Origin: a virus
Lineage: Duplodnaviria; Caudoviricetes
Direction: 5' to 3' (one strand)
DNA: 64,000 bases
IMG/VR virus record: IMGVR_UViG_3300013426_000001
Coordinates: 64,001 to 128,000 of that record
Shown piece after piece: positions 19,381 through 29,078 of this stretch. Within the stretch, counting starts at the first letter, position 1; each line of letters starts with the position of its first letter. Below the pieces are notes generated by a model, which did not search any database, was not told the DNA's origin, and saw only the letters and a program-made list of their open reading frames with translations. Both the position numbers and the translations under genes were made by a program.

Positions 19381-20122
19381 ATTATATAACGATGATTGTT
19401 TGAATATAATGTCCCAAATTGAGAACAATAGTATTGATTTGATTTTGTGTGATTTACCATATGGCTGCACTTCCTGCTCGTGGGATATAATCATCCCGTT
19501 TGATAAATTGTGGGAACAATATAAGAGGATAATTAAACCTAATGGAAATATAGTTTTATTTTCTTCGGGTTTATTTACTTATAAGTTAATAGAAAGCAAC
19601 TTAAAAGACTTTAAATATAAGCTTATTTGGAAGAAAAACGTCCCTACGGGTATGAGCTCTGCAAAGTATCGCCCAATGAAGTATTATGAAGAAATCTGCG
19701 TATTTAATTTTGGTAAAGGTTCGTATAATCCAATAATGAAAGATAGAGTGGGCGTAGGTAAAGATTGCTATAATTATGACCATTACTGCAACCCAAATAA
19801 CCATATCAATTTAGATAAGGTTAAAAGAAGATACGACCCTGATAAAGTACAACCCAGCGATGTATTGGAATTTAACGTCGTTCCTAATCGAAAAGGAAAA
19901 TTGCACCCGACACAAAAACCAGTTGAACTATTAGAGTATCTAATAAAAACTTATTCGAATGAGGGTGACATGGTGCTCGATAATTGTATGGGAAGCGGAA
20001 GTACGGGTGTTGCTTGTATAAACACTCATAGAGATTTTATTGGGATCGAATTAGATAAAAAATATTTCGATATTGCAAAAAACAGAATAGAAAGTTTTCA
20101 AATAAACGGCGAAAATAATTGA
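19373..20122 (+). CDS. orphan N4/N6 DNA methyltransferase (beta class)
   Basis: DLPY, HPTQKP, VLDNCMGSGSTG. Confidence 0.9.
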   Translation: MIKLYNDDCLNIMSQIENNSIDLILCDLPYGCTSCSWDIIIPFDKLWEQYKRIIKPNGNIVLFSSGLFTYKLIESNLKDFKYKLIWKKNVPTGMSSAKYRPMKYYEEICVFNFGKGSYNPIMKDRVGVGKDCYNYDHYCNPNNHINLDKVKRRYDPDKVQPSDVLEFNVVPNRKGKLHPTQKPVELLEYLIKTYSNEGDMVLDNCMGSGSTGVACINTHRDFIGIELDKKYFDIAKNRIESFQINGENN

Positions 20123-20147
20123 CATTTGCCTCCGATTATGTTATAAT
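20119..20147 (+). promoter_or_regulatory. sigma-A promoter
   Basis: TTGACA-17-TATAAT. Confidence 0.8.
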
Positions 20148-20172
20148 GAACGTGTAATCGGAGGTTTGATAT

Positions 20173-20421
20173 ATGCAGAAAATAGAGCCGACTCATAAAG
20201 AGATAATGGAACATTTGGATTGTTGCTACTACAGCCGCTGGCATAAAGGCATTTGTGAGTGCAAAAGCCCAAACCAATTCAAGAGTTGTTACGAGGCGGC
20301 GAAAAAGCGATTGACAAAAACGGTTTTGACCGAAGAGGAAATAAAACAAAAGCAGGAAGAAAACGCGAAGGCGATGTCGGATATAGACAAGGCGTTAGCA
20401 GCGTTTCACGGGGAGGAATAA
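20173..20421 (+). CDS. hypothetical protein
   Basis: ORF, GGAGG SD. Confidence 0.65.
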   Translation: MQKIEPTHKEIMEHLDCCYYSRWHKGICECKSPNQFKSCYEAAKKRLTKTVLTEEEIKQKQEENAKAMSDIDKALAAFHGEE

Positions 20422-20422
20422 A

Positions 20423-20818
20423 ATGAAAAAACCGAGTAAATTCAAAAGATGGTTTTTAGGTCTTTTTGGCGGTGTGCCGAAGAGTGATTACAACATTGTT
20501 GTTGAGCAAAGAGACAATTTTATCGGCGACTTGAAAATCAACGATTCGCAGATTAAAGAGTTACAACAAGAAAACGAGCTTCTCAAAAAACAAATCGCTC
20601 ACGACCCGATGACGCCCGTTGCAATCACGACGTGGAATGTTAAACTCAAAGAAATCAAAAAGACGGCGACGATCGGTCCGCTGCCGTTAGATCAAACTGA
20701 ATTTTGTTTGCGTGACGCGGTTTTGATGGAAATCGCGCCGTTTATCAGAATCGAGCAAAGCCCGAGAAGTCAGACAGCAACTGCGACATTGTTACTCGCT
20801 GAGGTCGAAGATGTATAA
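20423..20818 (+). CDS. hypothetical protein
   Basis: ORF, GGAGG SD. Confidence 0.65.
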   Translation: MKKPSKFKRWFLGLFGGVPKSDYNIVVEQRDNFIGDLKINDSQIKELQQENELLKKQIAHDPMTPVAITTWNVKLKEIKKTATIGPLPLDQTEFCLRDAVLMEIAPFIRIEQSPRSQTATATLLLAEVEDV

Positions 20819-21470
20819 ATTCAAAAAACCGTTATCGGAAATCGATTATATAATTAGTTTTGATCTTGCTCTCTATAAAACGGGCATTTCATTATACAAT
20901 ATTAAGCAAAAATCAATCGTTCGAACCGACAAAATCGAAGTTTCACACAACGATGAAACGCCCGTAGCGACGCTTTATACCAAGCTTAAAGAATACCTGA
21001 CCTCGGCGGTCGAGAAATACGGCAATCTGTTGATGATTATCAAGGAAGCGATGCCCGCGCAAGCAGGTCGATTTACGACCATCGCGACACTCCAAACGCT
21101 CGCAAAGGCGCACGCGGCGCTCGATATCGCGGTTGCGAAAGTGGATGGGGTTGATTTTTATGACGAAGTGGGCGTTCACGCGGTCTCGGTAAAAGCGCTT
21201 TTCAAAACCGAAGAGAACCCGAAGCCGACAAAGACCGACATTAAAAAAGCAGTCTGCGCCTATTACGGGCTGAAAGTAGGCGATTTGACAGATGACGAAA
21301 GCGATTCGGTTGCGGTAATTTATACACTTATCAAGAAGAAGTGGAACGCGGATTTAAAAGACGAGATAAAGCGCGTTAAAAAAGAAATGAAAGGCTTAAA
21401 GCAAGAACGAGCAATCGAGGCACATCAAAAACGTATCGAGGAATTGCAGGGAATGCTTCTTGTCGAATAA
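20811..21470 (+). CDS. RuvC-like Holliday junction resolvase
   Basis: ISFDLALYKTG, IIKE, DDESDSVAV. Confidence 0.75.
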   Translation: MYKFKKPLSEIDYIISFDLALYKTGISLYNIKQKSIVRTDKIEVSHNDETPVATLYTKLKEYLTSAVEKYGNLLMIIKEAMPAQAGRFTTIATLQTLAKAHAALDIAVAKVDGVDFYDEVGVHAVSVKALFKTEENPKPTKTDIKKAVCAYYGLKVGDLTDDESDSVAVIYTLIKKKWNADLKDEIKRVKKEMKGLKQERAIEAHQKRIEELQGMLLVE

Positions 21471-21510
21471 AAAATATATTTTATTACATCAAAAAATAAA
21501 ATAATTTTGC

Positions 21511-21557
21511 AAAACCCGTTTGTTTTAGTTGACAACGGGATTTTGTTGTGCTATAAT
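21511..21557 (+). promoter_or_regulatory. fused terminator / sigma-A promoter
   Basis: AAAACCCGTT...AACGGGATTTT around TTGACA; TATAAT at 21552. Confidence 0.75.
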
Positions 21558-21587
21558 GTAGACACTGAAACAAAGGTGGTATGAATT

Positions 21588-23282
21588 ATGAACAAACAAG
21601 AATATGAAATCGTTAAAAACTTCTCTTACGAAGGGTATTGTGATTATCTCTCTAAAAAATACGAGGGTCTCGACAAGACGGGTTTGTTCAAACATCATAC
21701 TTTTGAAAACGTAAAAGCAAATTTGTCTAATCCCGACATTGCAAAAGATGCGACTGAAGAAGAAAGAAACACTATTACTTATTGTTCGTTTGACGAGCAC
21801 TTGTTTTTACACATTCTTATCGGAGAACAGACCGACGCTCGCAAAGCTCTTGGTTTGGGCGGAGCGGTTACTTATATAATCCCGCAGTTAAACAAATATT
21901 TCGATTGCGGCGAAATGGTTTATTCGTCTAATTATTACAGCAATCTCGACAAAGACGTTTTCGATATGCTTGTTAAAAGATGTGACGAGGCGATTACAAA
22001 AACCAACATCGCTCTCGATCACAATAAATCAATTTACTTGCAGGCTGAAAAATATCTCGAAGAAAACGGCAAAGCGTTAGTTGTAATTGGCACAGGTCTT
22101 GGTAAAACCACCACTGCTCTTGAATATTTATGGGAACATAAATGCCGTGCGCTCGTCATTGGACCGAATAACATTATAAAGAGCGGCTGGGAAGAATATA
22201 TCGATTGGTGCGATACCACAACTTATCAGGCATTTGCGAACAACTATCCCACCATCGACTATTCTCAATATGGTTTGGTTATTCTTGATGAGGCACACCA
22301 TGCGGGTTATGATGAAGACACGGGTAAAGGTGCGGCGGTTTGGAGCAAAGGTATTAAGTATATAATCGAGAATGGTGTAAAGGTTCTTGGTTTAACAGCA
22401 ACACCCGAAAGAAGTGATAAGATAGACATCGGTAGTACTATTTTTAGAGGTTGTGTTTGCGAAGGCTTCGCAGTCGAAGACGGCATTGAAAAGGGTATAA
22501 TTCACCCGTTCTCTTATATAACAGCTTATTATGACACGAATGGCATCGCAGAAGAATATTCTGATTGTGAAAACAAAGAACTTGTCGGGCAACTTGATCT
22601 CGCAATAAATAACACGCCGACCGTTAAAGACATATTCAGAAAACATATGCCGAATAATAAAAGAAAAGGCATTGTGTTTATTCAGGAAATTGCAGACGAA
22701 CAGGACGTTATAGATATAATGAAAGACGTTTACCCGAATGTTGAAATGAGAATTATTCATTCCAAAATGACCGACGAAGAAGTAAAGGCAAATCGTAAAT
22801 GGTTTGAAGAAACCGATGAGGGTTATTTACTTGCGGTTAATATGATTTCGGAAGGTGCTCATTACAGAGGTGTAAATACCCTAATTATGTTTAGAAGAAC
22901 GAATTCATATCTCGTTTTCACACAACAAATTGGACGCATTATAACGCTTGTTAAAAACGAGAACCCGAACGCAATTGTTTTCGACTTTGTAAATAATATT
23001 GAAAATATTGAATATAACAACAGAAAACAAGATAAAAAACGTATTCGCAACATTACAAATATTATAAGACAACTCGAAAAGACTTCTGCATTCAAATCCA
23101 AACAAATCATTGTTGCCGACGAAACAAGAAACATTGTAAAGTGCATACGCAAAATTAAAGAATTCGAAGATAATTCTTGGTTGGAATGGGAGGATGATAT
23201 TATTAGGAAATATTATCCAACAGAGGGAGCAGAAGGTTGTATGAAGAGAATTAATCAAAAAAGAAAGGAATTAGGTATTTAA
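21588..23282 (+). CDS. SF2 (DEAH) helicase with N-terminal HNH-like segment
   Basis: GTGLGKT, LDEAHH, LTATPER, QQIGR; N-terminal EHLFLHILI. Confidence 0.85.
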   Translation: MNKQEYEIVKNFSYEGYCDYLSKKYEGLDKTGLFKHHTFENVKANLSNPDIAKDATEEERNTITYCSFDEHLFLHILIGEQTDARKALGLGGAVTYIIPQLNKYFDCGEMVYSSNYYSNLDKDVFDMLVKRCDEAITKTNIALDHNKSIYLQAEKYLEENGKALVVIGTGLGKTTTALEYLWEHKCRALVIGPNNIIKSGWEEYIDWCDTTTYQAFANNYPTIDYSQYGLVILDEAHHAGYDEDTGKGAAVWSKGIKYIIENGVKVLGLTATPERSDKIDIGSTIFRGCVCEGFAVEDGIEKGIIHPFSYITAYYDTNGIAEEYSDCENKELVGQLDLAINNTPTVKDIFRKHMPNNKRKGIVFIQEIADEQDVIDIMKDVYPNVEMRIIHSKMTDEEVKANRKWFEETDEGYLLAVNMISEGAHYRGVNTLIMFRRTNSYLVFTQQIGRIITLVKNENPNAIVFDFVNNIENIEYNNRKQDKKRIRNITNIIRQLEKTSAFKSKQIIVADETRNIVKCIRKIKEFEDNSWLEWEDDIIRKYYPTEGAEGCMKRINQKRKELGI

Positions 23283-23285
23283 CCC

Positions 23286-23993
23286 ATGGAAAGAAATCAA
23301 AATGCAATTATGAAACGTGCACATATTCTTGGAGTTAAATTTGATGAATATTTTTGGTCGGAAGAAGAAATAGAACTCTTAAAAAAATATTATCCAATTG
23401 AAGGCACCGAATGTTATAAAAGATTTAAAAATCTTTCTAAAACTCAAATTAAAAGTGCGGCAATTAGATTAAAAATATATCGCAATCCTATGTGGTCTAT
23501 TGAAGAAAATGAAATTATGAAACAATATTATCCGATAGAAGGCGGAAATTGTTATAAAAGATTAAATAATAAAACAAAAAAGCAAACATTACAACACGCT
23601 ACAATTCTTCATTTATCTTGCCACACAGTTAATACATCGGCTGACAGATGGACCGAAGAAGATGATAATATTATAAAGCAATATTATCCGATAGAAGGGA
23701 GCGAATGTTATAAAAGAATTGCAGGTACTACTAAAGCCACCGTTAGAGGTAGAGCTTCTTTTTTAGGTATTAAAGATATGACATCTAAAGTGATGGCGCG
23801 TAAGATTTTATGCGTAGAAACAGGAGAAATATTTAATAGTATTACAGATGCAGCAAAAATATATGGTTGTATGACAAAGATTGGGGCTGTTTGTAAAGGC
23901 AAAAAAGAGACTGCTGGTAAGCTTGCTGATGGAACAAAATTACGTTGGAAATATGTTGAAGAAACAGCAGAAGAAACATCAACCGCTGAATAA
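23286..23993 (+). CDS. Myb/SANT-like W-x-EE..YYPxEG repeat protein with NUMOD1-like tail (in frame with upstream helicase)
   Basis: three W..EE..KxYYPIEG repeats; ILCVETGEIFNSITDAA...WKY. Confidence 0.7.
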   Translation: MERNQNAIMKRAHILGVKFDEYFWSEEEIELLKKYYPIEGTECYKRFKNLSKTQIKSAAIRLKIYRNPMWSIEENEIMKQYYPIEGGNCYKRLNNKTKKQTLQHATILHLSCHTVNTSADRWTEEDDNIIKQYYPIEGSECYKRIAGTTKATVRGRASFLGIKDMTSKVMARKILCVETGEIFNSITDAAKIYGCMTKIGAVCKGKKETAGKLADGTKLRWKYVEETAEETSTAE

Positions 23994-24055
23994 AAGAGAC
24001 ATTTCATCGTGTATCGATAGAGTCTTAATTTAATTTTGACACAAAAATTTTTCAG

Positions 24056-24101
24056 AAACTCCGTTCAAATAGTTGACAACTCGGAGTTTTTGTGTTATAA
24101 T
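24056..24101 (+). promoter_or_regulatory. fused terminator / sigma-A promoter
   Basis: AAACTCCG...CGGAGTTT hairpin around TTGACA; TATAAT 17 nt later. Confidence 0.75.
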
Positions 24102-24123
24102 GAGGCCACAGTTGGAGGTAGTT

Positions 24124-24564
24124 ATGAGACTGTGGCACATCGATTTGATTCCATATCTTCCTAAATCACAGTTACTTGCTCAATGGCGCGAACTTAACTC
24201 GGTATACACAAAACAAGATAGACATATCCTTATCAATTATATATACGACTACAACCGTCATTATCTCAAAGCGTATTCCGATAAGGTAATCGCCGAAATG
24301 CGCCGTCGTGGAATAAAAATCCGTGACTTATCGAAATATGACACTTATTTTTGGGGAATGCAAAATGGGTTTGCGAGGAAAGAAATCGTCGGGATAGAAT
24401 CGGGGTTGCGGTTCAAAGAGCACAACGACGAATATTTGCGGATTTGTTATTACAATCTCAAAGAGAAATATATGCGCGGACAGAAAGATTTCGATTACCC
24501 GACGTGGGTAAGATTATACTATTTTTGTAAAAATATTTTAAAAAAGGAGAAAACAAATGGCTGA
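24124..24564 (+). CDS. denV: pyrimidine-dimer DNA glycosylase / endonuclease V-like
   Basis: MRLWHIDLIPYLPKSQLLAQWRE, EMRRRG. Confidence 0.75.
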   Translation: MRLWHIDLIPYLPKSQLLAQWRELNSVYTKQDRHILINYIYDYNRHYLKAYSDKVIAEMRRRGIKIRDLSKYDTYFWGMQNGFARKEIVGIESGLRFKEHNDEYLRICYYNLKEKYMRGQKDFDYPTWVRLYYFCKNILKKEKTNG

Positions 24565-25048
24565 ATTTCCGAAGTTCTTCGTAAAAGACTTTGATCACAA
24601 CGCTCAACTTATAGAAAACTATAATATTTTGCGTTATCGCGAAGAAGAAATCAAAAAACTCAAAAAGAAATGCGCGACACGAGCCGAGTTCGCAGAAAAG
24701 TTACGCACCGAATTCATGTGGCGTTATTGGTCGAAAGCAGAGCACGAACTTATCATAAGTAGAATCGAAGACGGGAGAATTTTGCTCACGCCGTGGTGTG
24801 GCTGCCGCGATGACGAAAAAGCGACGATCGATGTGACAGATGATTACTCGCAGCTCGATTGGAGTGCGTTTGCCGACTACCATATCAACAGGCAGGTTTA
24901 CAAAACCGAAGCGAAAATCGACGTTTATGACCAGATTATGTTCGGGGACAGATTCGAGAAATTAGTCGATACATTATGGACAACGCGGTTCAAATACGAA
25001 CGCGACAACCCTAAATTTCACGACCAAGATAAGGAGGTAAAACAATGA
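24557..25048 (+). CDS. hypothetical protein
   Basis: ORF, AGGAG SD. Confidence 0.7.
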   Translation: MAEFPKFFVKDFDHNAQLIENYNILRYREEEIKKLKKKCATRAEFAEKLRTEFMWRYWSKAEHELIISRIEDGRILLTPWCGCRDDEKATIDVTDDYSQLDWSAFADYHINRQVYKTEAKIDVYDQIMFGDRFEKLVDTLWTTRFKYERDNPKFHDQDKEVKQ

Positions 25049-25554
25049 ACTGGAACAGACAATCGGTTAGAGAATTTAACCGCAAGCACAAAACCAATTA
25101 CACAAAGGCGGAACTCGAGGCGCTCGACTTCGCGATAAAGTTCCGCGCAGGCAATGCGAATGTTCAATCGATGAGAGACCTCGCGCTTAACCCGTTTATC
25201 AACATCGAACTCGAAGAACCGATACCCGAAGGAACGGAAGTAAAGCTTAATTACGAGGTTATAAAGAGCCGCCCGACTTATCCGAGATTGTCGCAAAAAT
25301 ACAAAGATTTCATCGAGGCGAACAAGGACGCGGTTTTACATACAACGGACGAGAACGCGAAGAAGGGTTACGTTTGCCTTGCAGAAGACCCCGACAAGTT
25401 GTGGTTATGGACGCCGCTTTTCGACCTTTTATATAAGAACGAAGCGGGCGAATTCGTGGAATACGGTGACTCGATTTTGGCACCAAAAGACGAAGAAGAG
25501 GAGAAAAAGGAAAATGTATCAGACAAAGCTGACGAAGGAACAGTTGGCGTATAA
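25045..25554 (+). CDS. hypothetical protein
   Basis: ORF, AGGAGG SD. Confidence 0.7.
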   Translation: MNWNRQSVREFNRKHKTNYTKAELEALDFAIKFRAGNANVQSMRDLALNPFINIELEEPIPEGTEVKLNYEVIKSRPTYPRLSQKYKDFIEANKDAVLHTTDENAKKGYVCLAEDPDKLWLWTPLFDLLYKNEAGEFVEYGDSILAPKDEEEEKKENVSDKADEGTVGV

Positions 25555-25658
25555 CCTCGCGTATCATCTCGAACGAGAGGTTGACAAGCCCGCGCACGAA
25601 GTTATTATAGAAACATTGGCGGCTTACGAAGAAAATTCAAAAAAGAGTAACAAAACGC

Positions 25659-25687
25659 TTGACAAAGAATAATCGGCGTGTTATAAT
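25659..25687 (+). promoter_or_regulatory. sigma-A promoter
   Basis: AAAACGC-TTGACA-17-TATAAT. Confidence 0.85.
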
Positions 25688-25719
25688 GAAGAAAAAGTGA
25701 TTAAAAGGAGCAAAATTTA

Positions 25720-26940
25720 ATGGCAGTTTATTTTGACGCGGTGGGAACAATTCATCCCATCAAAGAAACAGACAAATTTAAAGCGGTCGAATATCGCAGA
25801 TTCGATTCTTCTGGTTACGCAAAGAAAACCATTCGTTTCAATTTCCGTACTAACACGGGTTCAATTACGAATATGGAAATCAGCGCGTTATACAGAGCAA
25901 ATGAAGACGGAACGCCCGCAGACGAAAACAGAACATTCGATAAGAAAGAGGGGTGGATTGAGTATCCCGAAAGAAAGGAATACCCCGACAAGGGAAGATT
26001 CCAGACGAGTTTTCTTGACAAATCGCCTTATAAAGTCGCGAACGTTCTTAAAGCATATGAAGCAGGCAATCTCTCGACTTATGATGCGGATAAATACGGG
26101 ATTCATTCGGAAGAAGATTACGAGGCATTGAGCAAAAAGTATAACAGTTGCGTAAAGCGTTTTCTTTTTGATATTGATTTTATCAATTATTTCGAAAGAA
26201 TTTTGGCAAACTACGATAAATTCCTCAAAGACAGACTTATGAAAGTAAGTGGCGAATGGACATTCGAATATTCCGCACAGAAAGACACGGTTTATAAAAA
26301 GTTCGTTCCTAACCGCATCGAATATTGTCACGATGAAGAACCCGTTCAGGTAATCGGTCTTAAAATTCCGTTTATTTTTGAAGGAGATAATCCGATAGCG
26401 GTTGGCAAAGGTGATAAGAAGGTGTTGAAGGGTTATACGCCTTATTACGCGAGAGAATTCAAAATGGAGACTTTTGGCGGAAAATATCTCAAACCGATCG
26501 AAATTGTTATACCCGAAAACATCGAGAAATCCGTTGCAAACAGATTTGAGAAAAAAGATCCGACCGTAACTTCGAAGTATAAATTGTGGAACTTAAATTG
26601 CGCTTATATTAACGGAGCGGAAAAGAAAGATATCGAAGAAGACGACCTTACAGAAGACGAGAAATTCGATATCGAGTGCGGTTTCAGAACGCTCGAAGAA
26701 ATCAAAGCTGAGCACGCGAAAGCAGACAAAGGTGCGGAAGGCAACGGCAAATACGACTCGACCAAGGTTTACGGCGACAGGATTACCGAAATCAGGCTCA
26801 TAAAATGCGGAGAAAAGGGAAACCCCGAAAACGCCGAATACGACGACGGGCAGACGCAGCACCCGACGCACGATATGCCAGAAGAAGTAAAACAGGCGAT
26901 GAATTCGGTAAGCGACGATGACGATATTTTTGAGATATAA
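25720..26940 (+). CDS. putative phage single-stranded DNA-binding protein
   Basis: acidic DDDDIFEI tail; directly upstream of ERF annealase. Confidence 0.55.
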   Translation: MAVYFDAVGTIHPIKETDKFKAVEYRRFDSSGYAKKTIRFNFRTNTGSITNMEISALYRANEDGTPADENRTFDKKEGWIEYPERKEYPDKGRFQTSFLDKSPYKVANVLKAYEAGNLSTYDADKYGIHSEEDYEALSKKYNSCVKRFLFDIDFINYFERILANYDKFLKDRLMKVSGEWTFEYSAQKDTVYKKFVPNRIEYCHDEEPVQVIGLKIPFIFEGDNPIAVGKGDKKVLKGYTPYYAREFKMETFGGKYLKPIEIVIPENIEKSVANRFEKKDPTVTSKYKLWNLNCAYINGAEKKDIEEDDLTEDEKFDIECGFRTLEEIKAEHAKADKGAEGNGKYDSTKVYGDRITEIRLIKCGEKGNPENAEYDDGQTQHPTHDMPEEVKQAMNSVSDDDDIFEI

Positions 26941-26952
26941 TCGGAGGTAAAT

Positions 26953-27648
26953 ATGAATATTTTTGAGAAAATCCAGGCGGTAAGAGTTGAACTCCGCCAC
27001 ACGAAACTTAAAATGAGCGGCAAAAATAAGTTCGCGAATTACGAATACATGGAACTCGACGACTTCCTTCCGACGCTCAACGAACTTATGTTTAAATATA
27101 AAATAACGGCAATCGCTTCGTTCACGAGGGAAAAAGCAATTCTCACGGCGATCGACTGCGAAAAGCCCGAAGACAGATATACGATTGAATCTCCGTTCGG
27201 GACGGCAGATCTCAAAGGCTGTCATGAAGTTCAGTGCATTGGCGCGGTTGAGACTTATCAGCGTCGTTACCTTTATCAGGCAATGTTCGACATCGCAGAG
27301 AGCGACGGTTTAAACAAGTCTCAGGGTGACCCGAGCAAACCCACTCCGAAGAAAACGGCTGAATTCCCGAGTCATACGGAAGAAGAGCCGCTTCCTGGCG
27401 AAGAGAACCCCGCCGCAAAGCCCGCTGAACCCGTTGATGAAAAAGACCCGAACGGCGCTGAAAGATGTGCGAAGATAAAGGAAGTTTTCAACGCAAAGAG
27501 AAAAGCGAAAGAGCTGACGACGGACACGCAGAAAGCGATTAAAAGGTTGTTGGTTGAAAATAGCGAAGATGGCGCGGGAATGTTGAACGAGAATTATTCG
27601 GCTGGGGTTTATGACCAACTTGAAGAATTACTCGGCATAAACAATTAA
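26953..27648 (+). CDS. ERF-family ssDNA annealing protein
   Basis: KSGKNKF-like NYEYMELDD, GAVETYQRRYLY..FDI. Confidence 0.85.
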   Translation: MNIFEKIQAVRVELRHTKLKMSGKNKFANYEYMELDDFLPTLNELMFKYKITAIASFTREKAILTAIDCEKPEDRYTIESPFGTADLKGCHEVQCIGAVETYQRRYLYQAMFDIAESDGLNKSQGDPSKPTPKKTAEFPSHTEEEPLPGEENPAAKPAEPVDEKDPNGAERCAKIKEVFNAKRKAKELTTDTQKAIKRLLVENSEDGAGMLNENYSAGVYDQLEELLGINN

Positions 27649-27723
27649 GACAAACTGCCATTTGGGTTTGCAATATGGGAAAGCGTAGAGAGTAAAATTT
27701 CTGCGCTTTTCTCAACTAAACAC

Positions 27724-27753
27724 TTGACAAAACATATTTTGATATGCTATAAT
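27724..27753 (+). promoter_or_regulatory. sigma-A promoter preceded by terminator hairpin (about 27680-27711)
   Basis: TTGACA-18-TATAAT. Confidence 0.7.
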
Positions 27754-27779
27754 AAGCGTGTAAATCGGAGGTAGAAATT

Positions 27780-28019
27780 ATGGAGCTTAAAAATGCAAAG
27801 AAACTTATTAAAAAAATAGGAGTTAAATCATGGTTTGAGGCGGGCATTAATGTCGTCAAAGTAGGAGATAAGTTGCTTGATCCTACCGATACATTTTCAA
27901 GACTTGATTTTTACACGAAGCGTGGCGGCGTTAAATTCTGCGAAGAAAAGGAACTCAAAATCCCGTGCGGAGAAATCGAACTCAATAACGGCGCGTTTTT
28001 GCGTTATAATGTGTTGTAA
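27780..28019 (+). CDS. hypothetical protein
   Basis: ORF, GGAGG SD. Confidence 0.6.
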   Translation: MELKNAKKLIKKIGVKSWFEAGINVVKVGDKLLDPTDTFSRLDFYTKRGGVKFCEEKELKIPCGEIELNNGAFLRYNVL

Positions 28020-28032
28020 GGAAGGTTTTGTA

Positions 28033-28554
28033 ATGATAGATAGCCAAAAAGTTTTATACAGTGCGGGCGCGAATGACGAATGTTACACTCCTGCGTACGG
28101 AGTCAAACCAATTCTTAAATATATACCCAAAGACTGGGTTGTTTGGTGCCCGTTTGACACGGAGGATAGCGAATATGTTAAACTTATACGCGCAAACGGG
28201 AACAAAGTAATCGCGTCGCACATTTCCAAAGGGCACGATTTTTACACCTTTGAGCCGAGTGAGCACTGGGATTGTATAATCAGCAATCCTCCGTTCGGTG
28301 GGAAAAGGCATATCTTCGAACGCACATTGAGTTTTGAGAAGCCATTCGCGTTATTGATGTCGCTCACGTGGCTGAATGATTCCGCGCCCAAACAATTATT
28401 TATGGAAAAAGATTTACAACTGCTTATGTTCGATAAGCGGATAAAATTCCTCAACGACGGCGAAGTGCAGAATAAAATCACATTTAGTAGCGCGTATTAC
28501 TGCTGGAATTTTCTTCCCAAACAGATTATTATGGAGAAACTGGAATGCAAGTGA
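28033..28554 (+). CDS. small N6-adenine DNA methyltransferase-like protein
   Basis: DECYTP, WCPFD, ISNPPF. Confidence 0.75.
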   Translation: MIDSQKVLYSAGANDECYTPAYGVKPILKYIPKDWVVWCPFDTEDSEYVKLIRANGNKVIASHISKGHDFYTFEPSEHWDCIISNPPFGGKRHIFERTLSFEKPFALLMSLTWLNDSAPKQLFMEKDLQLLMFDKRIKFLNDGEVQNKITFSSAYYCWNFLPKQIIMEKLECK

Positions 28555-29078
28555 AATGTCAAATTTGCGGTAAATCAATCGACCGCTCAACTGCATATAA
28601 AGCCGTGATTGGCGGTGCGAATAAATATTTCTGCTCGGAAGAAGAATTCAACGCCGACAAAGCTCGCAAAGACCACGCGAAAGAAGTTCTCGAAACAATA
28701 GCAGAATGTTATCAATACTGCTCGGGTTATGGCGAGCCGCCGTATAACGTGGTTGGGAAAGAACTTAAAGATAACCTGAAAGCAATCGATGTTGAAGTGA
28801 TTTACCAATTTGTAAAAGAAAACCGCGAAAAGCTTAAAAAGACGGTCGACAAAAAAATCGAACGAGACGGACCGTTCGGGCAAGTTTATTTCGCGTTTCG
28901 GTATATCAGTGGGATAATTAAGCGAGAGATTCTCGAAAAAGATTGGAAGGCGAAACAAATTGCGCCCACAATTCAAAAAACGGGGATTGACTTGAATTTT
29001 TATAATATTAAACCGAACACAAACCACTTAAAAAAAAGACGTTCGTTAGACGACTTGGAGGACGAGGTAAATGATTAA
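28545..29078 (+). CDS. zinc-finger protein upstream of helicase (possible loader)
   Basis: CQICGK...YFCSEE; overlaps dnaB start. Confidence 0.55.
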   Translation: MQVKCQICGKSIDRSTAYKAVIGGANKYFCSEEEFNADKARKDHAKEVLETIAECYQYCSGYGEPPYNVVGKELKDNLKAIDVEVIYQFVKENREKLKKTVDKKIERDGPFGQVYFAFRYISGIIKREILEKDWKAKQIAPTIQKTGIDLNFYNIKPNTNHLKKRRSLDDLEDEVND

